A stretch of DNA of 64,000 nucleotides from Bugula neritina (taxonomy: Eukaryota; Animalia; Bryozoa). The position numbers and the translations under genes were made by a program. The stretch spans positions 5,534,707-5,598,706 of the forward strand of contig OZ037767.1 of assembly GCA_964035545.1 (NCBI GenBank), read 5' to 3'. The notes under the pieces are model-generated. The model saw nothing but the letters and a program-made list of their open reading frames with translations, was not told the DNA's origin and ran no database searches. Below, in pieces: positions 37,801 to 60,147 of the stretch; the first letter of the stretch is position 1; every line of letters begins with the position of its first letter.

Positions 37801-40245
37801 AAAGTAGCTGCCTAAGGATATCTGAGCTAAACTAAGTTATGGCACTCGGAGTTGACCAGTGGAAAGCAAGGATTTCTAACATGCTATTGTGAAATTGCCA
37901 AATTTTTTGGATTTTGCAATCATTGGCAGGTTAACAGTTGGCAGATAATTGTATGAATAAATCTGAATAAATTATTAGCTGCCAAGTCAGCTAATTGCTT
38001 TTCAATTGCATATAAAACTGTGGTCACCTGCTACTTTAAAGTCAATTTTAAAATGGAAAATACTGAGTAAGCAAAGTGTGTGTAAATGGTTTTCTAATTT
38101 AGCCAAAAACCTATGTACGTCAGTAAGTAAATCACATCGAAAAAAAACTTACAGATGGACTTTGCAAATATTATTACCTAATTTTAAAGATTAATAATAT
38201 ACTGTTTAGATTCTAAAGTTATTAGTTCTTTACCATTTAAAAACAATTTTTTGTCTGTTAAATTTATGGGGTTGTTTTTTTATATCTGTGACAGGAGAAA
38301 TGCAAATAATTTATAACGAAACAGCAAGTATTTGATCCTAATTCCTATTGGAAAAATTATTTTTGTGTATTTAAAACTGTATTTGTTCCAACGGTCTATT
38401 AGAAAAAAACCATCAGCTATAAAAAAGTAATTTAAACTTTATTTTATACCTGAATAATGTTAGACAAATTGACAAAAAAGTAATAATATTGGGTGAAAAG
38501 GCAATTCTAAAAGCAGTGGAGGTAATTTCGAGTCTGAAGTATTTTTATTTTTATGGCTGTCCAACGAATTTCGTCTGTCAGAATGAAGTAGAGATTGTTG
38601 TGATTTATAAGAACACTATAGTGTGTCTGCGTGTTAAAATTATTATTCCAGATACTACAACAAGAAAGTGGCAGCTCAGATAATATCAGGTACAACTTAA
38701 AAAGCAATACATCAGGCCATAGGCTCCGCCCACTTGCCAATGCTTAGTCACCATTTTTTTGACATGCAAATAATTTTATAGGTGTATAACATTTCCAGAA
38801 AACATTTTGAATGTTAAACTCAAATTACTCAAACAATTGGATATTTAAAGAGTTATGACATCCTCTTGAAAATTGGCTAACCCCTGTATATCCACCCGTT
38901 TCAAGCAAACCCCCCCCCCCCAGATACAAATAAGTTACTTGCAAATTTAAATTAATAGAGTGTTGGCTTTGCAGTGATATATAGCAACAAAGGTTAATAT
39001 TGATGCGTCCACCTGCCCATTTTTGCATGTTGGCACCCCCACTATAATACTTGAAATTAACACTCGAGAGTCTAGATGCTAACAAAAAGTGGTGGATCAA
39101 AGAATATCAGGCTCACCCAAAAAAGCAAGGAATCATACCATAGACTCTGCCCACTTGTCAATCATTAGTCAGATTGTTAGGGAAACAAAATTTTATATGG
39201 GAACAAAACTTTTAGACATATAGCTAATTTTAATTTTAAATTACTCAAATAGTTACATATTTAAAATCTAACAATGCCCCCTTGTTAATTGCTCAATTAC
39301 TGTATATCCGCCTCTTTCATTGGATTAATACCAATGCAGCTTGACATGTTTTTGGAAGTATAATGGTAACTATAAATGATAATAAATAGTTTATATAAAA
39401 CAGCTGTAATGGACGACAAAGGCATGCAGCCAATGGTCAGTTTACTAGATAATAGAACTACAAACTGTGCAGCAAAACACTGTTTGGCAAGTATCAAAAT
39501 ATGACAAGTATTATAAATGATATGCAAAGCATGTGGCAAACACACAGCAGTAAAAGTTCATTACTTCTCCAGTAAAGAAAGTTTCATAAGTTTGCCAATA
39601 TGATACAGTTGTGTAGAAATACAAAAGAAATTATTATTATCATGATAAATATGAAAGCATTTGTGTAAAGCATGGTTACAATACTTCCAATAACATGCAT
39701 GACAAAAAATATTGAGCTTTCTAACAATCGTAATATAATATCATTTCATCTTTTTACATGATGAATAAAAATGCCCTTTAGATATTATGTTGACGTAAAA
39801 TTCAGTATAAAACAAAAGCAGTGTTGTATGGTAATGACTTTTTCATCCAGTCATAACAAAATATATTCGGATATTATAGTTTCTATACATTCATATAAAC
39901 ATATGATTATGTATATAGTATATATGCATAAATTCTGGTCTATAAAAAGTAATGAAACTGATGAAATGGTTTCTTTATTGCAAGCTACAATTCCCAAATT
40001 TCATTAAAATTATGCAGAATCAAAATATTAATGAATCAAGACTTCTTTACAACTATAAATTACCTAATGGATAGGAGTGTACTGTATAATTCCAAACTAA
40101 TATCAACTGAGGGACGATAGACATTGTGATGTTGCAAGTAGCTGAGACTCTCTAGACCTGATTGTTGTTTGCTGTTTGCTACTCTTTATAAGAAACTGTT
40201 TGAGCAACTTTATTGTGACCTCTGAACTGTCTTGAAGGTCAGAGG

Positions 40246-47776
<7,531 letters not shown>

Positions 47777-48689
47777 GATAGAAGTGGTTATGGATCCAGT
47801 CTATAGGTTTTATGTCGTCTACTAATAGGCCAGCAAAGTAAAGTCAGCTACTGTAAAAGAAAACAGAACAGTACAAAACTAACACCAGTTTTGATTAAGG
47901 ACTAGCTAACATACAAGCAGAAAACTACTAATTTGACACCATAAATATGTCAATCATTTCAGCTTTTATTAAACATAAAAAAGCACATCGATACAAGTTT
48001 TAATTCAAAAGCTACTTTTCACCAAATCTATTATCTTGCACATCATCTCCCGCTTCCTGTTTACCTTCCCATGCCAGTTTCCCACTAAACTCATTTGACA
48101 ATGACAATGGAGTCAGTTCTCAGGTTTTATAATACATGTAATACTAATGCACTAGTTGCAACACACACCAACATGATATTCCACACATATTGCAGAAGTT
48201 TACATATAGGCTTACCTGGTGGCAGTGTAGGATGGCAAGAGAAAACCCTATTCCAGTAAAAGGTTTTTGCTGATGATTGCAGCTAATATCTAATTTGCTA
48301 GTAAATCTGTTAGCAAGAGGAGTGTCAGAAGTAAAATTGCGGTAATTGCAGTGAAACAATTAACACGGCAGACATACACCTCTCTCTTAAAGTGAAGAGG
48401 AACACACTGAACTAATCCTCCTAATGGAACTTGCAATCTCTTGAAATCACACAGCAACCTATATCTGATCCAGTCAACCATTAAGCGTAGTTGTCATAGT
48501 TACTTCACATCCATATGACTTGGTAAGCATCCTGATAATATATTGATGGGTGTAGACTTTGAGCTGTACAATAAAAACATAAAGGAGATACCTGTTGAGT
48601 GATGGATTTTGTAAATTGACATGCTATAGTTTTCCTATTATTATAAAAACTTACGAAAAGTTCTAGTCACTATCTCTGTGAGAAACCCC

Positions 48690-48858
48690 TGATGGAAAGG
48701 GTTTTTCAAAGCAGGCTAAGAAGTTATTCATATGTGGTACTGGAGCAATTATGACTGGATGCTCTTCCTAGCATCACCGATGACTTTTACTGGGGCTTGA
48801 ACCCATGACTTTGTGTTTACTAATCCAACACTCTACCCTCTAGACCAGGCCTGCTCCC
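48690..48858 (-). mobile_element. tRNA-derived SINE (Meta-domain-like)
   Basis: Minus strand: A box TGGTCTAGAGGG, B box GGTTCAAGCCC, then AGGAAGAGCATCCAGTCATAA, which resembles the conserved MetaSINE central motif. Confidence 0.6.
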
Positions 48859-49458
48859 TATAGTTTTCATATTGTTATGATTTGTATTAATTAACAGCTT
48901 GGCTCAAACTTTTAGAGTTGTTTCATCATGAATTCTTAATAGACTAGCACAGCGAAAGTAATGCAATATGTCAAATTTTCTATTCAGCTACAATGCCCTA
49001 GATTTCCTCTGCTGTACGATTTTCCATTGCAATTTTTTGCAAAAAATGGTCATTATCGCATGGAAGATTCTTATTAATGCAAAATATGTTGGAGATTCGT
49101 GAAATAAACCTGGTATTTCATATCATGAACTGAGGTTTTGGGACCTGTAGCTTAGTGAGATACGGAGGAAGCACTGTTTTTCACCATGTTTTATCTCAGT
49201 TATTTCAGAGTTAGATAATTCATGGAGCTTGCAGTGAAAAAGTTTGAACTAATTTGAGAAAGAATATTCTGTTGTTGCAGTACTTCATGAGTTTCAGTAG
49301 CCACCTAAGTCAAACAGGATGTATTAGGGTTCTAGCTATCAGCTTAACAATAATTGACTTGGTTACTGCTCTAAGTACAGGAGCACAATGAAGAGCGTCA
49401 CTCATCAGCTTGAGACATGGCAGTTGCCAAAACAATTGGAATACGATTTGAACTGAAT

Positions 49459-49602
49459 TGTCCTATAAGCAGCTCCAAATCAGGGGTGAATGAGTGCAGT
49501 AGTTTCGGTTCTCATGGTTCGAGTCAAGTCCCCTAACTCTCAAAATAAGAACTACAAACTACTGCACTCATTCAACCCCAACTTGGAGCTGCTTATAGAA
49601 CA
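49459..49602. mobile_element. Foldback MITE (~144 bp, ~45-bp imperfect TIRs)
   Basis: CTATAAGCAGCTCCAA..GGGGTGAATGAGTGCAGTAGTTT is inverted to AAACTACTGCACTCATTCAACCCC..TTGGAGCTGCTTATAG. Confidence 0.7.
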
Positions 49603-50713
49603 CTACTTTCTGAATTGAATGCTCCACAGTCTACACTTTACTACCATGCATTGGAACTCCTGACAGTGTGTTAGAAATCTAACTAACGGGTCAGCAGAGT
49701 AAATTCTTGTGACAAGTCAGCTCCACGTATTTTACTTTGTCAAGTTTTACTTCAACTAAATTTAACCTATTGACAAACTAATTATTCACTGTGGCTCAGC
49801 AAAATGTTCTGGCTAAAGATTTGAAATGAATTTGTTTTGCCTTCACAGTACATTCACCAAAGACAAAGCAAAAAGAGTTGCAAAATCACTATTAGTTACC
49901 TGTTAAGGTGTTAAGGTCTGATAAAAGGAAATATGAAATTATTTTCAATTTGTTTATTGCATTTTATATGCTGTACAAAGAACATAGATGCTATATTTCT
50001 ACATTTTATTTATACTACATTATAGTCATAATTCAGTCATTGCCTGGGGTTTAAATTAAAAGTTTCTTTTCAACAGTTGTAGATAAAAATAATTGGATAT
50101 TTTGCCCAGATGGAATATGAATAAAATCATTAAAGGAACAATGTATATATATTACACATTAGCTGTATTTAAAAAGATATGAAATACGCTGACGAAATGC
50201 GGGACAGCAAAGTGAATGATTGGCTATAAAAATGAGAAATTCGACCCTTGTAGTACACAAAAATATAGTATTTGAAGGCCAAAAGTCAGTTTAAAGTTGG
50301 CTGGAAAGTAGTTGTTTCTCACCTGTTGTATTCCAAGCAACATTTCTTACTCGATATACAATAAGTAGTATTTGGCATAAGCTGACCAAACTGGATATTA
50401 AAACATAAATCTACATGCCAATGGGTGTCATCTTACAGTGTATATACAGTTATAGAGTGGATCAGAAACAAGACCCTTTCCATACGCAATATTTCATTAG
50501 TAGTACAACATAAGTAACTGATAATAGTATAATGAGAATAGCTATACTAAGATACACACAGATCAGTAGTAGGCAGTGTATGACTCATCACTACCTTCTC
50601 TGATGGGCAAAAATATACAAGGTCAAAATATCATTTTCCTAAAGCCCCAAATTGAAGTTAAACTTCTAGAGCTGCAAGCCTCACTTTCATCCTTCACACA
50701 CAAAGTATTTTGT

Positions 50714-53700
50714 CTACGAGGAGATACGGGGGCGTTTGCTAACTGATACACCGTCCCCGTCTGCATCGTCGTCGGAGTCTTCATCCGGATAATCAACTAA
50801 AGCTATTTTGCCAACAGCAGCAGATGGAGCAGAGTCTATTAGCATGGAGACTGAGGAATTTGTGTTGAGGGGAGATGGATACGCCCCTTGATTAGGGGGA
50901 CTGTGGGGAGGGCTGTCGGTGGCGCTGATTAATGACTTCAGGTTTATGCTAATATTTCTGTTCAGCTTTGGACTGGAGTTAAAAGTCCCTTCATCTTCTT
51001 CGTCTAAACAAGAAGTAAAAACAGGAAAACTCAATTATACTTAGCGATTAGAGAATTTAGTGATTAACTAGAAGTTGCTTCCCTTGATTACACAGAGCAA
51101 TTATGATCCCAAAGATAGCAGGTAAACAAACTACGTCATTCACATCTTGTGAGTGTTATATCGGTGAGTCGACTTCAAACATAAATGAGCAATGCACACA
51201 TTGAACTTCTTTTAAACACCAGAAATATTTCATTATACTCGGGTACTTTTAATGAGACATGTGAATAAACTTAAACTGTGCCTACGTGTTGCATCAAAAA
51301 GATTTTGTTTAGCAACAAAATAGCATTTATTAATCAAAGAGCAACAATAACTGTCACTTCTTAAACAGAGAGTTGTAAAAGCAAGAAGCAATCTGGCATC
51401 TGAATTCACACCCAAGGATCGCAAATTTACTTTAACTTTTAAATACATCGATTCCAATTTTTCCAAAAAAAACAAAAACTGAAACAGAAAGATATATTAA
51501 CGCACTCTAATATCTGATATCAGCATACCTTTACGTCCAATACTCTTGGGTAAGGACAATGAAAACATGGGTTCGGCATCCCCTGCCTCTTCTCTTGTGG
51601 GGGAGGCTTGAAAGGGAGGAGTTATGTTTCCTGATCCACTATCGCTGTCGTCATCATCTTTATCAAACCACCTTTCTTCCTCTTCGTCTAGCGAGGAGTT
51701 GTCTCTACGGCATCGACGCTGCTTCGCCAGCGTGGAAAATCTATAAAACCACGACTTAATGCAGTCACTTGAAATACAAACCAAAAAAGTAATCATGTTT
51801 TAGCTTCAACTCTTTAATATTTTCCTCCTAGGAAACTTATACCGACTTGGTCTAGCACCAACATATGCGCTGCAGGAGAATAAATTCCATTTCACAGAAG
51901 GGCAAAAGTGGACCATGAATACATGACACAGAAATGAAACAATATGTTAATAATGCATATGCCTACACTGTAGAATAAGTTTGTCAAATACAAATCAAAA
52001 CAACACATTTGTTACAAAATCGTTAATCAACAAATACAAAATCTGAAACTCCTAAAAAGCACCCTTTCTTTAATACACCTGACTCAGCCTTAGAAGCAGA
52101 CATTTGCAAACTGAATATCCGACTAATCCTACGTTCAGTTACAAGTAAATGCTACATACGGGTCTCCCTCCTCTCCGTGTCTCTCCTCTGTGCTCAACAA
52201 GCTAGTCGGCCGGTGGTCAAACTGATCCTTCAGCTTCTGAAACGTCTGCACGTACGTGATGTCTTGAAAGCCCGAGTTGTAGTGACACTCCACAAAGTTG
52301 GTCGCTAAAAGCCTGATGTCCTCCTGCGTCATACAGCACACAATAGTATGACAACTCCGAGAAGATTACACAATGGTATGACAACTCCAAGAAGATTCAA
52401 CAATAGTATGACAACTCTGAGAATATTAAACAATAGTATGACAACTCCAAGAAGATTAAACAATAGTATGACAACTCCGAGAAGATTGAAAGAAAGTGTT
52501 ACTATCACTAGCTTCTAGCAGTATGGCCGGCTGTGTACAGTGCATATAACCCTCATGTATGGAAATAAAACAATATCCCTACCAATGTGCTGTGTCTGAA
52601 TATTACAAGTTATTTTTAGAACAAATGCACCCAAGATTGACAGCATGACCGTTCTCATGGTGTAAAACATTCATAAACTGTGTCACCCGGTCTAATTGTT
52701 GAAAAATACTTACAACTCTAATGAACTCAAACAGCTCTATAATAGCAGAATTGAAGAGGTTGTATTTTTCTCCGTTGGCAAAGAACGCCTCACACACAGC
52801 TTTAAAGTGGTTGCCATTTGCAATATGTCTGTTGTAGGTGTCGTCTTTCAGGTTCACCAACTTGCGTAAAAACCTAATTGCACCTACACAAAACAAACAA
52901 CATACTGCACACGTGTACACACACTAGGGCCGCACTTGCCTTTTACCATTAAGGAATTCTACAACTATTCTACCATTATTACAACGGTTACAACCATCAT
53001 AATATAGAGAGCCTACGAACCAGTTACTTACATAGCGCCAGGAACGAGTGACGAGATTTGAGCAGATAGAGAACCTTCCGGAGAATTTCATGTTTGATCA
53101 TGTGAACTCTGAACTGGTAAGAGTGGTGCTCTGCACAGAATATCAGCAACTCGACTATGATGCTGAGCAGTTGTGCTGTTTTGTAATCATCTACAGGAAA
53201 ATACATTCACTAATTTATTATTTTAAAGCAAAGCGACTGTGACTTCATTTTAATGAAGAGTACATCTGGAAAAGCTATGGGAGACTCCAGACTTGAGGTC
53301 GTAATGGTGATTTATACTGGCAAACCTCTAGTAACCATAGCTTCATAGCAGCATGAGAGAGTTTCATCTCAGACTCAAATTATTTTCAGACTTTCATGGC
53401 CTGAATGAAAGACATATCCCCAGAATAAATTCAGACATCAAATCAAACTGTACGACTACAACTCGGCAGACAAACAAAATAATTCAGCTTAATATTATAT
53501 TTCGAAAAACCACTGAATAGAAAAAATTACTATTCAGGTTTCTTCCATGTTACCCAATCACAGTGTGAAGGTAGACTGTTAGAGAGATGAGTTAGCTACA
53601 TTATGAGTGGCGACAGAAATATCATACCTTTGAGGGACTCGGAGTCCTTACTAATAGTTCGGAAGGGACTTATCAGTGTCGGCATACAGTGTAGGTAGAA

Positions 53701-56700
53701 ATAGTTGAGAAACTCAGTCTTCTCTGTTCTCAGTGAGGGTGCCCCGCTCACTGCCGTAGCAGCCATCATATTCTCTGGGTCTATGAGCAGTTTTATGGTC
53801 ACAGAGATGAGAATTGCACCTCCTAGTTCAGGATCTGGATCTTGCTGCATCTGCTCCACGGCTTTAGTCATTAACAAGTCATCCTGTAGGAACAGCAACG
53901 GTCAGCTTACTGCACAGAGACGGTCAGCTTACTGCACAGAGATATATCCATATAACAGATCTCAAGCTTTGCAAGAAGCTGTGTTAATATTTGCAATGCA
54001 ATAATCACTTTGATTCCATACTAAAATAAGCCTAGCCCAAAATATTACACAAAGGAAAAATAATTCATAAGACAACGCCCTATTTATTTCAGAGGTGAAT
54101 CTATTTATTCCAGGAGTGATTTTATTTACACCAGGGATAGTTCTATTTATCCCACCAAGCTATAGCAATAGCCAAGCAACTGACCTGCCCCAGCTTCGCT
54201 TCAGATAAACAGAATTCTCTGACCATAGATGGATTGGCCTCCACGATGAAGGCAAACACGTCATTGGTTGTAGACAGTATATCCGCGTCTTCAATGTTCC
54301 ACAGCGTCTCCACCGCCTCCAGCAACCGCATCTCTGCCAACATCTGGTAAACACAAACTTGAGGTGCATATTCCTCTTGGGAAGAAGTGGAATATTTATA
54401 TTTAGCCAACGCAACAAAGCCAAGACTTGATGACAAAATTTTCAGATCTCAATTTGTAACATTCACTAACAGGTAATATCTAAAATTGCAAAAACTATCT
54501 AAAACTGCAAAAAACTGGTTGATTTTTTTTCTGTGTAGGAATGAAACTCAAGGCAATTGAAGAAAATCGAAGCAAGTCAGAGAAATGTAAGGACTACCTG
54601 GAAGAATGGCTCCCTGTCGCTTGCTTGGAGAGTTGAAGAAAACATGCACATTTCCTTGAGGAACTTTACAAGATCTCTACGAGCAGCATCGTCCGTCTCG
54701 TCGTCTGTAAGCTGCTGGAAGAGAATCTTCATTGTTGCTTCATCTTCCTAGAAAAACAGAGAAGATAACTTTGAATTTAATAGTAAGATCAGTTATATAA
54801 TATGCTAACATGTCAAGGTAGGAGAGGGAAGTGGCAGACACATTGCTGAATATTTGAAGCTTATTTTGGCAACTGTCATTAAATCAACACAAGTTGGTAT
54901 CATTTATTGCAGCACAACATAGTGAGAGTAAAGGGAGTAGCAAATGTGTACAGTCAACAATGATTGTATGACAAGACAGTTTAGATATCATAGGCACATA
55001 TAATCATCAATAACAGGTCACACCACTACACTGCAGGCAATAACTATACATCTGAGTTTAACAGAACTACAAACATTTTACACTAACAGATAGGAAAGTG
55101 ACTGGATGAAGTTATGCACACACGTAGCACACCTGCCAGTGAGAAGTGACAGGACAGGCACAGTGCTACAAGATTTCACCCACCTGTAACATTTTGACAA
55201 TCTCGCATTTGTTAAAAAAGACAAATGAATTGAGGGCGGAGAGGAGGTTTTCATCAAATACACTTGGAGTGGGTAGAATGACATCCTGTATATACTGTAC
55301 CCGGTAGGTCTGGTGTATCTTTTCTAGCAACACTTCATTGGTGAGGGGCAAAACTGAGTGGAACTCAGCCTAAAATGGGGAGACAATTTATAAAATAAAA
55401 ACAAAAGAGTGATAACGAAACAAATAAAGGTAAAACAGGAATGGGAATAGGAAAAAAGTAAAACAGAAATGGGAGTATTCATACGAAATGAGAAAATGAA
55501 TATATAAGAGATTTTGGCTTAAAATAGAAAAGTTCAAGATTATTGCAGCAATGACAGTTATGGAACTCATTTACTATAATATTACAATAGAAAGCCTCGT
55601 TTATGATAAACTGTTGCAAAGTACATCTAGTTAATCAAACACACATTTACATATTAACATTATGTAAAAGTGTGTGGTTATATTGATGATATATAAATGG
55701 TACTTGTCAGCAATTCACAGCAATCAAATCGCAGCTTGCAGCTTTCGAGATTTAAAGTAAAATAAAACAGAAATTGTGATAAACTGTATATAAGACAGCA
55801 GCACAACACAATTAGAGGGAAATGTTTACACTCCAGAGTGTTAAACTTTAGGAAGTAAAATTGGAGGTAGGTGCAGTAATGGATAAATTGAGAAAAGCCT
55901 GTGTTCTAGATTAGAAATGTAACAACTCACGCCCAAACCAGAATTTAACAAAATAATTTAAGAACTTAGGCTATCTCAATTTCTCCACTATTGCTCCTAA
56001 ATGTAAAATTAATAGGACGAGATAATCATATCACTGAAGGATGATCACACCTGCTGAGGTACACTTAGGTCGAATGACTTCAGTTATTATTTAAGATTCA
56101 AGAATTGATCACTTGTCATTTTACACCCAAAATTTTCAAGTAAGATACAGGACATTAAGCGACTACAAATGGCGGGTCGACCAATGATGAGTGGAAGCTA
56201 GGAGGTTACTTGCAACCTGGTAATGCCCGGATTAACCAGGTTATGAGCTCAACTGATATTAATGGAATACTGTAAACATGAGCTACAATCAGAAACCTAC
56301 CTGGTTCTCCAGAAACTCCCGGTGTCGCACCACCGTTGTCTTGCAAGGATCATTCTCCATCACACCCACCACTTTCATCAGATTCTCTGAGCAGAACAGG
56401 ATTTCAAACAAGGAGTTTCTGTTGAGCATGAATATGGTCTTGAATATTGAGTAGAGTTGGTGCAGAGCTTCCACATTCTCAAGGTCATCACAGATAGAGT
56501 AGAGGTCAAGTAATCTGTTTATATATCCGTCTGACTCAACGCTAAACAAAACCAAACACATATTTATATTTCAATACACTTTTAAAAATACTGTTAAAAA
56601 ATTCAAATTAAAGAAAAAACAAACACGTTTTTAAGAGATATGTAACTATTTGGTAATTGAATAAGGCAAGAAAAATTGCATAGGTGAGTTATTGAGAATC

Positions 56701-59700
56701 CAAATACATGGAGAAAAGACATCTTCACCCCAAAACACACAGCTGGCATATATGTATAGGTGAATGAAATACAAGCAAATATGAAGGAGAATGATGTACG
56801 AAGACAAGTAGACTAGCAATTTGGCAACACCAACTTCCCAGAGAGGCTTTGCCAACTATTCACTGCTATATTTAGACTATATTTAAACTTGCCCAATCTA
56901 ACAAATATGTTCAAGTATGGAAGTAAAAAGGTAGACACACGATGGCAGGTGCAAACTAAATCATTTGTATGCATAAAGCATACTTTGACCAACCAACATC
57001 CTCACACAGAGTACCATAGCTGCTTGGGCTGGGTCAAACTATATTGTAAAGACTACACACCATGTATATTACATTTAGACCAGGAGCTATACTATTGGTA
57101 TGATTACAGAGTCTAACAGCAAAACACGGCTTTGTATTAGGCTATGGAGTTTCACTTTATCCACAAAAGCATAAAATATAACTCTATATATTCAACTATT
57201 GCAAATTGGCTTAGAACTCTGACAGTGTCAGTGAAATACAAGAATTCATTTACGCAACTTATAGCAAAAGTGAATAAAAGTACTAAATCACTATGAAAAT
57301 GAGGCGAATTTCCTTTACGGCTGATAGCACAACCAACAAGGTGATCAATTCCTCATAACACTGCGCACTATAAGAGTTCAGCCTTCAAAATCCTCAGGTT
57401 TATGTTCCGCAAGTCTGGACATGCCCTAGTAAACTGTAAGCCAGGTAATCCTGTAGATACTAGAGTGGCAATGGAAGTCTAATCCCAGCACACACCCAAC
57501 TAGTGCTACTAGCAACTACTAAGGTAATGAGAGCTGTTCACACTCATTAACCTGTCACGTTTTACACGGCTTCCCACTATCACCACCATTACACGGACTA
57601 CTACAGTAACACATAGAGCCCACCAGGAAACCAATATTAATTAGTTTTATTTATTCCTCAAAGTTGTCAAAAACAACCCAAGCTGCAAGTAAGTGAGAAA
57701 TGCCCTCTGTTTTATATGCACTTCAGTTTTTAAGCCTATAGTGTAAATAGCATTGCTGTACGACCATCGATATTGAACAGATATAATAATATTACAATAA
57801 GTAAATAATGCATATTACAAAAAGTATATACTGTATATTATAATAAGTATACACTGTATATTACAATAAGTATATACTGTATATTACAATAAGTACATAC
57901 TGTATATTACCGTATGTACATGCTGTATATTATAATATTGATATAAAGTATGCTGGTTTTGTGAGATCAGTCCTGCTAGGATAAGAAATTCAATTAAATT
58001 AGTGAATTAGAAATTATTTGTTAGAAAGCCATCACTATGAAGAGTAAAATTCCATCTACAGTTGAACATTTCCATTAAAAAACCTGCCTGCTAAAACCAA
58101 CCAGCTTAAAATTGGATGACACATTCAGATGGTGGCATTTTTGAGACAGACATTCTATGTTTGGTACAAGTTCTGTGATTAGTCGCAGCGAACAAACATG
58201 TTTATGTGACCCTTATAAAATTAATAGCTAGTCTTGTGTGGAGAGTTGTACTTACATGTATATCGATATATACATTTGTAGCCCCTGAACTTCTCAGATC
58301 ATTTTGAAAACGTCTGCATAGCCAGACATGGCCAACCGTCTTAACAGGTTACCAAATTATTGAAACTAACGGGCATGGCAAAAACAGGATAGGTTAGTCA
58401 AGACAAAAGAGTGTGTGGACTTGAGCTACAGTAGAGATAATTACCTGGATGCTATTCGATCTATTCGCCATTGCACGGCACCTCCGTGAACGTAGTCACT
58501 TAGCACAGCCTGTATTTCCCCTAAATGAGCGAGATCGGGGGAAGGCAACTCAACCACTCCGCCAGTTGCATACGACGACTCTTCAAAATGTTCATCATCT
58601 CGAGAATCATGGAGCGAGTCATCGGGGCCATTATCATCCGGGTTGCGACCTTGAACCTAAATAAACACGGCCATCTTGAAAAACAAGTGATAAAAAGCAG
58701 CTATGAGGAAGTAGCAAAAAACCTATGAATTCAGAATTAGTTTAATTTATTAAACAATTCCAATGTTGAAAATACTTCAAAACTCAAAAGTTCTGTTTCT
58801 GTAATGTGATCAGGAGGGGTAAAATTGAAGCAAGACAATGGAAGACTATTCCCCAACTCTTCACAGTTACACTATTGCTTGTCTTCCAAAACTTTGAACT
58901 ATAAATATACTTGGGATAAAAGGACAAAGCCTTTCCCGTATTAACATTGATCAAGTAACACACATGAAGCAAGAGTCTGAATAAAAACATATCACTCACG
59001 TCGCAAATCTTCTCCCATATTTCTGAGCAACTGTCAATGAGTTGAAAAGATAGTGCGAGCTCCTGATCATTTTCAGACCAGCATATGAGGGTCTCCTGCT
59101 GCTTCTGGTAGGTTGTGTTGGGGCACACTTTTGATTCTAGTATTACATAATCTACAGCAACAAGGAACAGAAATATCTTTCCAATACAAATCCCTAACGA
59201 ACAGAAAATATTATTCATTTGTTTTTGAAATTGAAATGATTGTAAATCATAACTCCATATACCTCTATAGTTTCATAAGAAAAATATTTTATTTTATTTC
59301 TATTATTGAATAATGTGTGATAAATAATTGAAATAAACTATCTAATAAAACTAAGCAATAAAAGCTGTCATACTCATCTTTAAATATCAAAAACCTTCAC
59401 TCAACTCTACTTGCCTAGTTCCAGTTAATATTTACAACGTAAATACAAAAAGTGGTCCACTATGAAGTAAAAAAGCCAGCAATTCTGTAAGATAGATTAT
59501 GACAAAGTTTACTGAATATTTTTAGAGGTCAAGACTCACGATCTTCGTCCTCAGAGCGTACAATCAGCGCCATGCCTTGCAGTCGGTCCACATAGGCACA
59601 GCTGACATGGCCAGTTCCTTTGTCGTCCCAAGCTCTGTCAGCATTTAGCATGTAAACCTAGACATGAATATGTGCACACTGAAATATCCAACACTGAATG

Positions 59701-60147
59701 AGGTAGGTGCATTAATGGGAAAATTGAGAAAAGCTTGTGTTCTAGATCAAGAAGTTATTTTCTCGCAAGAATTTCAACCCACGTCCCAAACCAAAATTTA
59801 ATAACATTAAAGAACTTAAGCTATCTCAATTTCTCCACTACTGCACTGAGTAGCACAACTGTCAGACCAGCAGAACAAAATCTATATGATCGTGAAACAA
59901 GGTAACGGATAATTGAAATGACACTATATATTACACAAACAATGGGAAATGTTTTATTATATTAAATATAGTCATTTAATTTCATAGGAACTGAGCAAAC
60001 TTAAAAGATATATTGTGATAGTTTCATGTTTCAACAGGTGAATTTTTAAGTATGGTAAAAAACTATTACCTTGACACGGCGGTGTGGATTCTTTTGAGGA
60101 GGAGATGACTCATTACTGGATGACGACTCCGCCGTGTTGGAGTCCAT
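50714..60147 (-). CDS. PPP4R3: Serine/threonine-protein phosphatase 4 regulatory subunit 3 (SMEK/falafel/Psy2 homologue), 14 coding exons
   Basis: Exons 60070-60147, 59540-59657, 59000-59151, 58445-58656, 56301-56541, 55184-55369, 54598-54747, 54185-54343, 53628-53883, 53032-53190, 52714-52883, 52160-52323, 51529-51740, 50714-51003. EVH1 domain [34 protein letters not shown]; SMK-1 region [17 protein letters not shown]; [16 protein letters not shown]; C-terminal [16 protein letters not shown]. Confidence 0.95.
52341..52488. repeat. 30-bp minisatellite, ~5 copies
   Basis: CAATAGTATGACAACTCCGAGAAGATTAAA-like units immediately intronic to SMEK exon 12. Confidence 0.92.
55868..55999. mobile_element. 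MITE (~130 bp, TAG...CTA termini), copy 1
   Basis: ~32-bp imperfect TIR TAGGTGCAGTAATGGATAAATTGAGAAAAGCCT / AGGCTATCTCAATTTCTCCACTATTGCTCCTA. Second copy at ~59704-59848. Confidence 0.7.
57788..57935. repeat. ~23-bp minisatellite (TATATTACAATAAGTATATACTG), ~6 copies
   Basis: Direct reading. Confidence 0.85.
59704..59848. mobile_element. MITE, copy 2 (related to 55868-55999)
   Basis: Same TIRs and internal sequence, diverged. Confidence 0.68.

Noticed and set aside
52341-52488. CRISPR-like 30-bp repeats
   Set aside because: Head-to-tail units with no unique spacers, in a eukaryotic intron; this is a minisatellite.
56032-56085. Second hammerhead-like motif (CTGAAGGATGATC...GGTCGAAT)
   Set aside because: The core deviates from CUGANGA/GAAA and stems I and III cannot be formed convincingly.
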